DNA of 64,000 bases, taken from the NCBI RefSeq assembly GCF_009914755.1, contig NC_060937.1. One strand, 5' to 3'. The DNA comes from the human T2T-CHM13v2.0 reference genome, Homo sapiens. Under the pieces are notes generated by a model. It ran no database searches. It was not told the DNA's origin and saw only the letters and a list, made by a program, of their open reading frames with translations. This document shows positions 13,814 through 26,790 of the stretch, piece after piece. Position 1 is the first letter of the stretch; each line of letters starts with the position of its first letter. The translations under genes and the position numbers were made by a program.

Positions 13814-14273
13814 TGTTCTGTGCAGCGTAGCAGGTGATGTCAATGTCCTTTTGGTAACTATCATCTTTATCATTCCAACTGCCATCACTGGCATGCTACT
13901 GCTCGGGGTTTTTCTTGCTTCTAGAGACCGCTTTTCCACTTTGCCACCACTATGACACACTGGGAGTGCTGGGATCTTGCAGACACGTTGAAATAGCTCG
14001 GAAGCAATGACAGATGGGAGTTGGTATATAAATAGCCTGCTTTCTTGCTGCTCAGGCGGGGTAATTTGGAATCAGGTGTCTTAGGCCAGCTGCTAGTTTC
14101 CCCAGTGGAATTAAGTTCAAATTGCTAACTTTATAATACTTACTTTATAGGGTACCTTCTTTTTGCTTTCTGGTTCCATTTCTTCACAAGTGTTCTCTTT
14201 ACTTTAAAAGTAAACCGTTAACATTCAGTTGGTTGTCTCTAGTTCTAGGTCTTGAAAAACTTCAATGAAGACA
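13814..14273 (+). mobile_element. LTR16 (B/C-like) LTR, probable 3' LTR of the upstream ERV-L relic
   Basis: caatgacagatgggagttggtatataaata...ccccagtggaattaag...aagaca. Confidence 0.7.
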
Positions 14274-14282
14274 TTACCTTTC

Positions 14283-15249
14283 TGTAGGGTCCGGCCCTAT
14301 GGGGCTTAGCGGATGCTCTCCCCGTGTGCAGAGACGAGAGATTGTAATAAATAAAGACACAAGACAAAGAGATAAAGAGAAAGCAGCTGGGCCCGGGGGA
14401 CCACTACCATCAAGACACGGAGACCGGTAGTGGCCCCGAACGACTGGGCTCACTGATATTTATTGCGTACAAGACAAGGGGGGCAGGATAAGGAGGGCGA
14501 ATCTTCTAAGTGATTGACAAGGTGAAGCAAGTCACGTGATCACAGGACAGGGGGCCCTTCCCTTTTAGGTAGCCGAATCAGAGAGAGAAGGCAGCATACA
14601 TCAGCGTTTTCTTCCATGCACTTATAAGAAAGATCAAAGACTTTAACACTTTCACTATTTCTTCTACCGCTATCTACTACGAACTTCAAAGAGGAACCAG
14701 GAGTACCGGAGGAACATGAAAGTGGACAAGCAGCGTGACTACTGAAGCACAGCACCGCAGGGAGGGGTTTAGGCCTCCGGATGACTGTGGGCAGGCCTGG
14801 ATAATATCCAGCCTCGCACAAGAAGTTGGTGGAGCAAAGTGTTCCCTGACTCCTCCAAGGAAAGGAGACTCCCTTTCACGGTCTGCTAAGTAATGGGTGT
14901 CTTCCCAGACACTGGCATTACCGCTTGACCAAGGAGCCCTCAAGCGGCTCTTACGCGGTCGTGAGAGAGGGCTCACCTCTTGCCTTCTAGGTCACTTCTC
15001 ACAATGTCCTTTCAGCACCTGACCCTATACCTGCCGGTTATTCCTAGATTATATTAGTAATGCAACAAAGAGTACTATTAAAAGTTAATAATTAATAATG
15101 TTTATACTAATGATTGATAATTGTCCATGATCTTCTCTATATTTAATTTGTATTATGACTATTCTTATTCTAACTATTTTCTTTATTATACTGAAACAGT
15201 TTGTGCTTTCAGTCTCTTGCCTCGGCACCTAGGTAATCTTTCGCCCGCC
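14283..15249 (-). mobile_element. LTR13A solo LTR (HERV-K/HML group)
   Basis: ~970-bp match to recalled LTR13A (tgtagggtcc...gggcccgggggaccactacc...ctcttgcctcggcacct); 6-bp TSD cctttc/ccttcc. Confidence 0.92.
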
Positions 15250-16399
15250 CCTTCCTGGCATTCAACTTGGATGAAGCTTTCTCTTTATCCCAGGCTTTGT
15301 CATTCTTTGTGCTGGTCTCTGCTGAGGCATCTGCACTGATTTCTAGTTCCTGGTTGCACAACCCAACATACTCCTGAAACCTCCCGACTTTCCAGCCAGA
15401 AGGTTCTGTGGTTACAGTAACTCTTGTGTCCATCCAACCACTTTCAATCATATGGGAATATCTTTCAGCAACCTTGGGCTCACAGGCTTCCTACAGGTGG
15501 CTCAGTCCTGGTTATTCATGTACTTATGCTCAGCCTCTACTTTTTGTGAAATTGCTGCCTGTCAAAAAACTTTCTGCCTGGAAATGTACCACTGGTACCC
15601 CCTGATTTCATAACCCCAAGCTGAATTTCTACCCTTTCCCTCCTCTTCATGCCAGGATTTAACCCTAAATGTTTCCAGTAATATTCCCTCTACTTTGGTC
15701 TAGAAAGTAAGTTCGTTTTCTAGTCTTCTTAGTAGAAAACAGTACTTCAGCAAGTACACTTGCAAACTTAAGGCATCTTAGTCTTTTCTAATGTCTAAAG
15801 CCAACAATTAATTTCTCTAATTTTTCATGACAATTCTGCTGTGGCTTCATTATCTAACAAGAATGTTATGGTCTAGCCTGAGAGAAGAGAAGAAAATAAA
15901 GTACACACATGTATACATGAACATAGTAGTTAATATTTTTAATTATTATTCCTCCCACATGTGCAATGAAAGTAGTCTAAACCAAGCAATAATCATGATA
16001 TGAGTTCAGAGTGAGAGATCACAAGAGATCAAATGTTAGATGACTTTTAGGTTAGCAAGGGTAGAGTGTTGTTAAATACAATTAAGATAAAAAGAAAATA
16101 CTCACCAGACTTTTACCACATGGCATGAAAAGGGCATGTGTATGTATATGTGTGATGGGAGTGGGGGTGTAAGTAGGGGGCAGGTGTCATGGAGCTATAG
16201 AGTAACACATAAAAACTTACACATAGTCATAGAAATTGATCAGATACTAATAATTAACTGTTTCCACATGACTTTATGCCAAAATTTCTTTAAAATATAC
16301 TTTTTATATAATGGCTTTTGAAAAAATGTATCCCTAATAATTTAGACCCATTACCTCTTATCATGTTAGTTCCATTATTTCCTTCAGGATATTTACCTC

Positions 16400-16850
16400 T
16401 TCATATATTTATATATGAATATAATGCTATATTATTCTTATATATAACAATATAATAGAATAAATAATATATAATTATATAATATATAATTAAGGTTATA
16501 TCATGTATAGCCTAACTAGTTATAGAGCTATATCTAACTAGTATGCCTAATATATAATAATCACAACAGTATATTTAATATATAATAATCATGTATGTTA
16601 CACATCTTTATTCATCAAATAATGTCCTATGTTATATATTTTATATTGCTAATTTAATTATTTAAAATATAAAATATATTGTTAATTCTGTAAGAATTAA
16701 AGAATTCTTAAGATTTTAAGAATATATTTTACATATTCCTAAATATATCATTTCTATTCCTATGATACACATATACTTATATATATGTATATATCATTGG
16801 AGAAACATATATATAAAATATATATATACCCTAATATAATTATTTAATCA
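16400..16850. repeat. AT/TA-rich low-complexity tract
   Basis: Dense tata/taat runs with very few G or C. Confidence 0.75.
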
Positions 16851-17619
16851 GAAATAAAAAGTTTTTTTTTTGTTGTTGCCCATGTTTTATTTGAGCAACA
16901 CTCCAACTGCCTTATTCTGCATGATAGACTCTTAATATGCCTTAGTTAATAACTGAAGTCTAATCTCCAAATCTGCTAGCATCTTTATTTCTGTCAATCT
17001 TCAGAATTTACAGCAATATCTGTCCAAAAGGACAGGTAGATGATTGTTGCTGAAATAAACCAGACTGTCACAACTGAATGCTTCAGCTAGTTTAAGGTGA
17101 GGAGAAATATAGGATGTTACATTAAGATACAGGGAAAAAAGCTGAGAACCTATTGTATTGCATACATCTTGCTTTTCAACATGCATGACAAGAAAACACA
17201 GGCACATTAAAGGCAGACCTGGGATGGCAAAGGTGATTTCTATATACATCTGTTTCTCAGTTTTGCAAGCAAAAAATGCATCTCAATATGTCATTACTTT
17301 GTTTTAAAAGCTGAATTAATTTGCTACTAATCACTAGTTTAACAATAAGACTTTTTGCATACCAGTGTTTCTCTTTCATAATTCTAAAAGTGAAAATTAA
17401 TTAACTAATTTTTATCAATATTTTCTTGGTAAAGCAAAACTTGAAAAAGAATAGCTACCTCTTTTACTGAAATATATTTTTAAAAGGTAATTGCTAAAAA
17501 AATGAAAGATGCAATAGGAAAATAAGAACTCTGTAAAGTTATAGATATATGTTAGTAAAGATAGTAGATGACATTGTCTAGACCCTTCCAAGGAATATGT
17601 AAAAGGATGTAAGGAAATA

Positions 17620-17860
17620 ACTATTGCTACCTAACATCTACTGAGAGGTTTTCATGTGCCAGGCCTGTAGTTGATCACAATAATCAGGTTAGTTTTAGTT
17701 TTCTAATAAATGAACAAAACAACAGCAAAAAAAAGTACAAATCAAATGCATACTTCTACCATTTTACAGATAGAATCATGCAAATCACATAGCAAGTTAA
17801 TGGTCTATTCTTATTTAAACCCAGGTATTTCTAATCCAGAACTTAAACTGCAAGTTACTG
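17620..17860 (-). mobile_element. MIR fragments
   Basis: aacatctactgag...atgtgccaggc; ccattttacagat; atttaaacccaggt. Confidence 0.65.
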
Positions 17861-18377
17861 TACTTTTTGTGCAACTGTGAATAAATGTGCAAATACACAG
17901 ATCATCTTGTGTGTTATCAGATTTCTTTATGCAGTAAAGAGGAGAATCTGCCTTTCTGAGATGGAAGAAAATATATACTTGTAGCCTTAGGTACAAGCAC
18001 AGTTAGTCTCTCGAGCCTGCCAGAAGCCTGTCATCAGACTTAGTCAGAGTTTTTCTGCCAGACGATGCTTTATGATACATTGGCAGATGGAATGGTGCTC
18101 CACAAAACTCTATTTCTCCTAGATGCAATCTTAAGTGGAAGATGAGGTGTTTTCACCATAGGAGACATGTAACACTCCATAAGGACTAGTTGTACGTACC
18201 CCTTCTGGTGAATGCACCTCTCTTTGAAGTCCCCTGCTATTAAATTCAATGTGCATAGTATGTTCCTTGAAACTACAAAGCTAATTAATGTCAACTGATA
18301 CCATGTATGTAGGCTGCCCTGAGGATTCTCTCTCACTTTACAGAAAAGAACTCTCGGATAGTTCTTTTGAACATTCT

Positions 18378-18677
18378 TCCATTTATTATTTAACAAATAT
18401 AAATTAAGAACTTCTACACAGATTTTTGCCAGCAGTATTTCAGGAACTGGGGCTGGAGAAATAAACAAAACAACGTCCTTTCCCTTGTGGAGTTTTTATT
18501 TGAGGGAAAAGAGAGAAGGCTAGTAGGAAATGAGATTAAAGGAATAGCTAAGGACCCTAGTAAAGATTTGAATTTTACTGGAACTCTGATGGAAAGCCAC
18601 TGGAGGCTTTTGAGCAGGGAAATGATCAAACTTAACACATGTTTTAAAAGAATTATTCTAGCTGCTATGTGGGGAAG
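18378..18677 (-). mobile_element. L2 LINE 3' fragments
   Basis: atttaacaaata...; gccactggaggcttttgagcaggg...ttttaaaagaattattctagctgct. Confidence 0.75.
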
Positions 18678-19156
18678 GGACACATACTTCTGTTCGTGTG
18701 TCCAAATTAATTAATTTGGCCTTAGATAAATAGTTTCTGGATTTCTCCTGAGAACCTTTTCATGAAGCATTGTAATACCACATGCAATGTGAACAAAATT
18801 TCAGGATTATGACCCTTGCATTTCAGTCTTAAGAATCCCAGCATACAACAGTGTTAAGCAGGCACTGATATTTGAAGATTGCATTCTCAAGAAAGACACA
18901 TATTTTAGTCCAGTCTATTTGCAATTCTAACAAGATAGATTATCTATTTTGTACTTCTGCAGATTGCAAGCAGTACTTTTGGAGAGATTGTACTCTCCAA
19001 AATTGAAATAGACATGATAAATTTGAATCCAAAGGTAACAAATTGCTTGTTTTGGCTTTGGAATTTTGTGTGTGTGTAATTCAAATGGCTTCTGCACTTT
19101 TTATATTATACGCCATCATATAATACTGTTCTTGTTCTAGGAACAACATTCCTTTT

Positions 19157-19335
19157 CCTGACACATAGTAGGTGTTCATTAAATATATTTTAATAAAAGA
19201 ATAAATGTTGACCATGTATCAATCCACAATCGTACACTGAATGCTCTCTATACATCAGGCAATATGCTAAATCTCAGAGGTTTACATATTGAAAGAACAC
19301 ATGATCCCTGCCTTTAAGGAGTCTGCAAGCTAATT
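19157..19335. mobile_element. Two short L2 3'-end relics in opposite orientation
   Basis: cctgacacatagtaggtgttcattaaata (+) followed by catgatccctgcctttaaggagtct (-). Confidence 0.5.
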
Positions 19336-19373
19336 TGGTTTTATATTAATGTCATGACTATTTATATGGCATA

Positions 19374-19597
19374 AATAATAATTGGCATTTACCGAATGTT
19401 CGTTCAGTGCCAGGCACTGTTCTCTGTGCCATCCATATTATTTTCTCTCTTGTCCTTGGAGCATAGATAAAAAGATAATAATGTTATTACCTTCATTGTT
19501 CAAATAAAGAAACTGAACCTTGGAAAGTTTAAATAATTTGACGAACATCCTTGAACTGAGAAATGAACCCAGACAGTCTGACTTGGCTTCTTAACAA
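19374..19597 (-). mobile_element. MIR SINE
   Basis: aataataattggcatttaccgaatg...gtgccaggcactgttct...gaaactga...tgaacccagacagtctgac. Confidence 0.8.
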
Positions 19598-20999
19598 TTA
19601 AGTAATAATTGTCTCTAAGTAGGTGGAGGTGTCAGACTGTAACTGGTATTAACCTTCAGAAAAGGAGAAGACATTTTGTTGTTGAATTCTCAGGGAAAAG
19701 TTCACGGAGAAGATAGGTCAATGAAGCAATAGTAGAGAGACAGAAAGCCATCGATCCCAGAGACATGTCATCAGTGACAAAGTTGAAACAGTAAAAAAAA
19801 ACAAACAAAAAAAACAAAAAAAACTAAGATGTGTGGAAAAAATAGAGGTTACAGCTTTAAAATTTCAATTAAGTTTGGGTATATATAATGTGTGTCCCTT
19901 TGTGTACATATTTTTATTCTTTAATTTTGATTTTAAAATCAGAGATATGCCTTACCCAAATTTTAAAATTTACCTGCATTAAGTTGTTTAGCTGATATAA
20001 TTTTACGTATTCATCTATTTTTTAAGATGTCAATTTTTGCAAATTTTGCAGAAATAGTCAAGAACTGGAAGTTGGAAAGAATTTGCAAATTTACACTAAC
20101 CCACCAGATGTGCATGGGAAGGGATGGTGAGGAAGGGAATAAGGGGAGGATAGAAAATGAGAGGGGAGAAAAGAAGGAGAAATGGAGAGATGAAGCAGCA
20201 GCAGTTGGACAATGGGGAGATGGGGTGAACTAAATTATCACAGCTAATGTTAGAAAAGAAACAGCTACAAAAGGAAAGGATACTCTCTATTAACAAAAAT
20301 TCAGGTAATGTGTATTATCTGTTTAAAGTATAGCTGGCTCTATCTCAAACTATTTTTATAGCATAGTACACTGACACATAGAAAGGGGAAAACATGTGTG
20401 TGTGTATGTGTGTGTATATATTTCTACAGCTGTGCCCCAAAACTCTTCTCATTGTGTGCCACCATGGAGGGCTTGTCTCCCTGCTGCCTAGTGCTCTTTT
20501 TCCTCCTTTTTCCCTCTCTAGTCTTTTCCCTATGCCTTCCAATCTCCTATAGAGTAAGAAGACTAAGCCCAATATATTGCATGCTGTGAAGATTTTAAAT
20601 GACAAGATAAATGCCAGGGAAGTCTACGAGTACTGGCAGGGTATTTCCAGAGCTCAGGGTTTAAATGCTTTAACCTTTAGATGCAAGTAGCTCTTTATCT
20701 CTGATTGACATGTGTTCTTTAGTCTTGCTGGTGTCTTCCAGTTCTTTAGCAAGCACTTTATATTTGTTCCTAAAAATATATATGATATCATTTTAGTGGA
20801 TATCATCTTTTTAATGCAAATTCCTGTTTCAATTTGGAGCAAGACTTACAGAGAGGAAAGCATTGAGAAGTGAAGGCACAGCAACAGCTTTTCATAATTT
20901 TAATATTTCCTATTTCATTACGGCTTTCAAAATCTTTTTCTGTTTACACTAACTTTCATTTATTTGCTAATAATTATTATATCTGTTACAAATTATATT

Positions 21000-21532
21000 T
21001 TCTGATAGTAATAGTCACTAAACTACAAAGTATTAAACATTGCATACTTTATTCCCTCATATAAGAGAATGCCAGAGGTAAGCTGTTGACGGTTGGTTTG
21101 GTAGCTCTGTGCAATCAACGGCTGGCTTGGTAGATCTGTGCAATCAACTAGGAACAAAGCTTCTTGTCTTCTTTGTGGTCTGTCATCCAAAATGTGTCAT
21201 TGTTACCCACAAGCTTACAAAATGGTTGCGGCAGCACCATCTGTGGTATAGAATTTCCAGATAGGACATAGAGGAAAGAGGGGAAAGCAAAACAAGGCCT
21301 GTGAAGGAAAACCTGTCCCAGATTTCATTGGTGAGGTTTCCCAGCAGAACCATGCATCACTTTTAGTTACATCTCTAGAATTAAATATTCAGCCATACCA
21401 ACCTGCAAGAGAAACTTAAAAACTATAATTTATTTAATGGACATATTGCCATCTTGAATAAAATTATAAATATTTCACTAAGAAAGAAAAGGAGAATAAA
21501 AATAGTATAGGCATCTGCCACTCCCTGCCATA
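21000..21532 (-). mobile_element. MLT1J-like LTR
   Basis: caaaatggttgcggcagcacca...acatattgccatcttgaataaaatt...ctgccata. Confidence 0.6.
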
Positions 21533-21624
21533 ATCATGTAACTTTTTATTCTGAATCTGGTATCTTGATTATCTAAGCTGAAAGTGACATTGGAGATAAC
21601 TTTCTAATATTAGAAATGAGTCCA

Positions 21625-22007
21625 TTTATTGCTAACATTTAATAAGTACTCACTGTGATAAACAACTTGCAAAAGGCTTTATGTGCAACATATTATTTCA
21701 TCTTCGTACTATGCTGATGAAGTGGCATAACTACTATCTAGCTATGGTTTTGATTAAGGCTTAAACTTAACACTAAGCCTTAGCTTCCACACAGGGTCCT
21801 GGAGGTAGTAAGTATGTAATATTTGTCAGATTTTAAGGTCAACATCAGTAAGGATTGTGTACTCAATATGCACCATACGAAGAACAGTGAGTGTTAGATG
21901 CTCAGTTAAAATTTTTGATTAATAAATAGAAGTTCACAGTGCTGGCAAGAATTGAAGCAGGTATATCTGAATCCAGAGCTTGGGCTTTAGACTGCACTGC
22001 ATTGCCT
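21625..22007 (-). mobile_element. Interrupted MIR
   Basis: gctaacatttaataagtactcactgtg... at the left and tctgaatccagagcttgggcttt...cactgcattgcct at the right. Confidence 0.55.
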
Positions 22008-22099
22008 GATTTATTTTTTTGTCAAAATGTCTTCTTTTTAAAATTTATTCATTACATTTTTCATAGTACTTTTTTCTCCCAAATAGTTTGAAAATCTCA

Positions 22100-22500
22100 T
22101 GAAATTAGGATATTTTTATTGCAAATGAATGAAACCCAATTTATATCAGCTTAAACAAAAGGGGAACCTATTGTAGACATACTGGGATTTGGCAAGGAAT
22201 CCAAGTATGTGGATAATCTTGGACCTTGGGAAAAACTAGCAACAACTATGCCACAGTAAGCACTTTCTGGTTCATGTATTTGTTCATTTCTGCTCACTTA
22301 GGGACTCCTCTTTCACTCTGCATTTTGTCATTTTATGCTCTTTGGCCCACAAAGCAGGGAACAACACAGTGTCACCCAAACTGGGTATGTTGTATCTTCA
22401 GGAATTAGAAAGAAACAGAGTCTCTTGGATCTCAGAACTCTGAGTGGCTAAATTTGTGTGAAGTGTCTGCCTCTGTATGAATACATGGAGAGGAAGGGGG
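22100..22500 (-). mobile_element. Old MLT1 (K/L-like) LTR fragment
   Basis: ttgcaaatgaatgaaacccaa...cagcttaaacaaaagggg. Confidence 0.5.
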
Positions 22501-22501
22501 C

Positions 22502-22670
22502 TATGATCATCACTTTGTGTCAACATAAGCACCATTGGACACTATGGTTTCCAGTTATTCAATCAAACATCAATTTATGTGTTGCTGTGAAGATGTTTCA
22601 TAGACACGATTAAAGTCCATAACCAGTTAACTTTAAGGGATATTATCATAGATTATCTGGATGGGCTTTG
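22502..22670 (+). mobile_element. MLT2 (D/E/F-like) 5' LTR, 3'-truncated
   Basis: tgtgtcaac...ccagttattcaatcaaaca...tgttgctgtgaag; homologous to the start of the LTR at 27275. Confidence 0.75.
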
Positions 22671-25559
22671 TATAATTGACAAACCACTGCTGTTTCTCCT
22701 CAGGACATATCCCCACCACCCCAATTTGCTTCTACACTAAAACTAGGATCAAGTCCCAGAAGGCCACAAAAGGTGACTTACAAAGAATAACCCAAGAGGT
22801 TGTGCACTACAACCTCTTTTTGAGGAAGAATACTTCTATATTGCTGTATTGCTAAAGTATAATGTTACTATTTCTCCAAATCTTTCTTAGAAAGGATTAA
22901 TGTCCATTTACCAGGGGTATTACACTGGGGAAAGGGGGATAATAAGACTATTTGTGGATTGCTGGGTACTGTCTTTGAACTGAAAAACATTTCTAAAGAC
23001 ACAAAATATTATTGTGGTCTACCAGTCAGAGAAGGTGTTTGCAGAGGTCAAATGATCCATAGAGTTTTAGCCCAGATCCATCTCATAGTTGGTCCAGTAG
23101 GTTATCAAACACATTCTGTGGTTATTTCCTCAGTTCTGGAATGCATAATCAAAATAGACATACTCAGGCCTGGCAGAATCTGCACATTTGTTCTCCAGCT
23201 ATGAAGTGATGGCTATTTTGGTGGGAAGGCCAAGTGGAAGATACTAGAACTGCCTCTACCCAGGAAAATAGTAAGCCAAAAGCAATACTATATTCTGTGT
23301 GGGATTGCTGAGATTGGTGCCACTATCAAGGATTTAAAGAATGCAGGGGTGATGATGCCCGCCGCATTCCCATTCAGCTGACCGATTTGCCCTGTGCAGA
23401 AAAACAGATGATTCTTGGAGAATGGCAGACTATCATAAATTTAATCAGATGGTGACCCCAATTGCATCTATTCTTCCACATGTGGTTTCACTGCTTGACC
23501 AAATCAGCACATTTGTTAAAATTGATATTGAGCTATTCATCTGACAAATGCCCTTTTCTAACCACCTATTAGTAAGGGCTGCTGGAAGTACTGCTTTTTG
23601 TTGGTAGGTCTTAGCAATACAGCTTCACCATCCTACCTTGGCTGGATGTTAACTTTCCATCCCTGAATCATAATTTAGTCTACAGGTAGTTTGATTGCCT
23701 GTTCCTCTCCACAAGATATAATGCTGATTAATTATATTGATATTATGCTGATTGGGGTTGGGGAGCAGGAATTAGATACTATATTGTTACACTAAATATC
23801 AAGTATAGAAACTATACCTGATTTCTGTGTGTCAGAGTGCAGAAAATAAACCCAACAAAATTCAGAGACCTGCCACCTTACTTATAGTTTCAGGGATCCA
23901 GTAATATGGGGCATGTTGAAATATCCCTTCTAAGATGCATGATAAGTAGCTACAGCTGGTCTTTGCAACAACAAAGAAGTGCAACACCTAAAGAACCCCT
24001 TTGGAAAAAGAAGGCAACATTTTCCTCATTTGGATATGCTAATATAACTGATTTACCAAGTGACAGTTATGAGAAGGGCCTAGAATAAAAGAAAGCGCTG
24101 CAACAGGTCTGGAATGCTATTCAAGCTGCTCAGTCACTTGGGCCATTTAGTCCAAATAAGACTGGAAGTTTGATGCCTTTCACCAGCCTCTGTAAGCTAA
24201 TTATAGTGTCACTCTTCAGTTGTTGGAGCAAAGTCCTCCATCCTCTACAGAAAACTACCCTCCATTTGACAAACAGTTTTTGATTTACTATTAGGACTTA
24301 GTAGACACACTGAATGCTTACTGATGGACCACTAAAGTGCTAGATGACCTGATCCTCATGTGAATGCTCACAAAATGGTGACCTCAGCAGAAGATTTTAC
24401 TAACAAAGTGGATAGGATTACCAATTTTGTAGATATCATTCAGTGTCTTTCCCCAACTATTCTTGTCCATGTTGGATAATCTCATAAACATAATTAACAT
24501 GGTGGCAGGGATGGAGGTGTCTCTTGGACTCGACAATTATAAACTGAGTGTTGTCTGACCCTTTAAACTATAAATGTGGACATGCAAGGCAGTACTCCAT
24601 CATCAATGGAAGTGATACATGTGATATCAGGCTTCAGCAGGTCCTGAAGGCTCAAGTAAATTGCATGAAGTGGCCCAAAAGGCCTTGGGCCCTTCTTTGC
24701 CTATGTTACTTTTACTCTTTGAAGCCCACACTAATGACTCCTCAGACAACTGTATGAACACTTGACTGAGGAAGAGATAACTTGGGCCTGCTTTAGAGAT
24801 AGTTCTACATGATATCCAGGATACCTGACAGTGGACAGCTGTAGTACTATAGCCTCATTCTGAGACATTCTAGAAAGACAATAGTGAAATAAATTATTAT
24901 CAGTTGGCAGAGTTTTGAGAAACACACCTATTTGTTCATTTTGCCTGGAAAGAGAAATGATCAGAGGCACATTAATAGCAATCCACGGGCATGGCTAATG
25001 GTTTGGCCATATGATCACGACTTGGAAGGAAAATAATTGAAAAATTAGTGACAAGGAAGTCTTAGGAAGAAGGAAGTGGCTATTCCTCTAAGAATAGGCA
25101 AAGAATGAGAAGATATTTGTGTCCCATATGAATACTTATGAAATGATGACCTCAGCAAAGGAATATTTTAATAAGCAAGTAGATACAATTACCCATTCTA
25201 TGAATATAAGCAGCTTCTTTTCCTAGCCACTCTTGTCATTGACCAATGGCCTAATGAACAAATTGACCATGATATCAAAGATGGAGTGTATACACATGCT
25301 TACCAACGTGGGCTTCCATTATGAATACTAACCTGACTACAGCTATTGCTCATTGTCCACTCTTTTAGAAGAGATTAAATCTAGGTCTCCTAGAATAAAA
25401 CTAGATCCCGAAAATGGTCAGCCAGCTACCTAATGGCAGATTTATTACATTGGACAACCTTCATTAAGAATAGATAGTTTTTGCCCCGGATCTGGATGTG
25501 CCTTTCCTGAACTCAGTACTTCTGCCAAACTACCACCCATGAACTTATGGAATTTCCTC

Positions 25560-25744
25560 CATAGGTTCCTGGAAACTGCAAATTTAAGTGAAATAACTTA
25601 CAACAGATCCTCAAATAACACTGTTCACTTCAATGTCATTTCACTACAATGTTGATGAGGAAGAAATTAATTTTGCTATGCACTTTTTCACTTAAAGTCA
25701 CAGTTTCAAAGAACCTATCAACAATATTCAGTGAGGACTTACTG
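25560..25744 (-). mobile_element. Internally deleted MER82 (TcMar-Tigger) inserted in the ERV-L integrase region
   Basis: Ends in gaacctatcaacaatattcagtgaggacttactg followed by TA; inverted arms 25561-25593 and 25686-25718. Confidence 0.8.
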
Positions 25745-26482
25745 TACTCCACACAACATTGCTTCTCATCAAAGAATTCACTTAACAGCAATGGGCCCAT
25801 GCTCATCGAATTACTGGTATTGATGGCATATTTCCCATCATCCTGAAATGAACAATAGCATGGACTTCTGGAAACTTAGTTGTAGTGCCATATAGGTGAC
25901 AATACCTTGCAGGACTAGAGCAATGTCTTCCAGAAGACTGTATATCATCTAAATTAACATCCACTATATTATTTCTTCCATAGCCAGGATTCATTGGTCC
26001 AAGAATCAAGGGGATGGAAACAGGAGTGATCCTGATCACTATTTCACCAAGTAATCCACTAGAAAAAAAAATGTAGTTCCCATTCCTATTTGTTTAGGCT
26101 GTACTGGTCTACAGGTTGCTACAGGCTGTTACAAAGATAGATAGGAATGCATCTACAGGGAGATGCAACAATAATTGAACTACACTGGACAATTCCACTG
26201 GCCACCCTGGACTCCACAGGCCTCTGAATCTACAGGCAAAAGAGTTACTATACTCTTTGGGGCAACTGATCTTGATTACCAAGGGAGAATTGGGTGGCCA
26301 CAACATGACAAGAGTGAGAAAGACCATGTTGGGAACACAGCATTCCTTAGGGTATCACTTAGTACTATAATGTCCTGTGATTAAAGTCAATGGAAAACTA
26401 CAACCACTTAATTCAGGCAGGACTGCTAATGGGCCAAGCCCTTGAGGAATGAGAACAATGACCAGTAAGGTGCTGAGGTGTG

Positions 26483-26790
26483 TTTTTTTGTTTGTTTGTT
26501 TTTTTGAGAGACAAGGTCTATTCTGTCACCCAGGCTGGAGTGTGGTGGCATGATCAGAGGTCCCTACAGCCTCCGAATCCTGGGCTCAAGTGATTCTCCT
26601 CCCTCCGCCTCCTGAGTAGCTGCGACTACAGGTGCATGCCACATTGCTGGGCAAATTTGTAACTTTTTTAGTAGAGATGGGGGCCTTGCAATGTTTACTA
26701 GGCTGGTCCCAAACTCCTGGCCTCAAGTGATCCTCCTGCCTAAGTCTCCCAAAGTGCTGGAATTACAGGCATGGAACACCATGCCTAGCC
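26483..26790 (-). mobile_element. AluJ
   Basis: Diverged dimer with J-type cctgggctcaagtgat and ctcctggcctcaagtgatcctcctgcc. Confidence 0.92.

Noticed and set aside
15330-15660. Possible additional old LTR fragment
   Set aside because: Composition is suggestive, but I could not match it to any family.
18977-19002. Perfect 10-bp hairpin ttttggagag/ctctccaaaa
   Set aside because: Isolated and plausible by chance; terminator logic does not apply to mammalian DNA.
22959-26384. ERV-L protease, RT and dUTPase ORF pieces as a possible domesticated gene
   Set aside because: Catalytic motifs are damaged (DTG reads GTV; YIDD lacks one Asp) and frames are broken by many stops and frameshifts.
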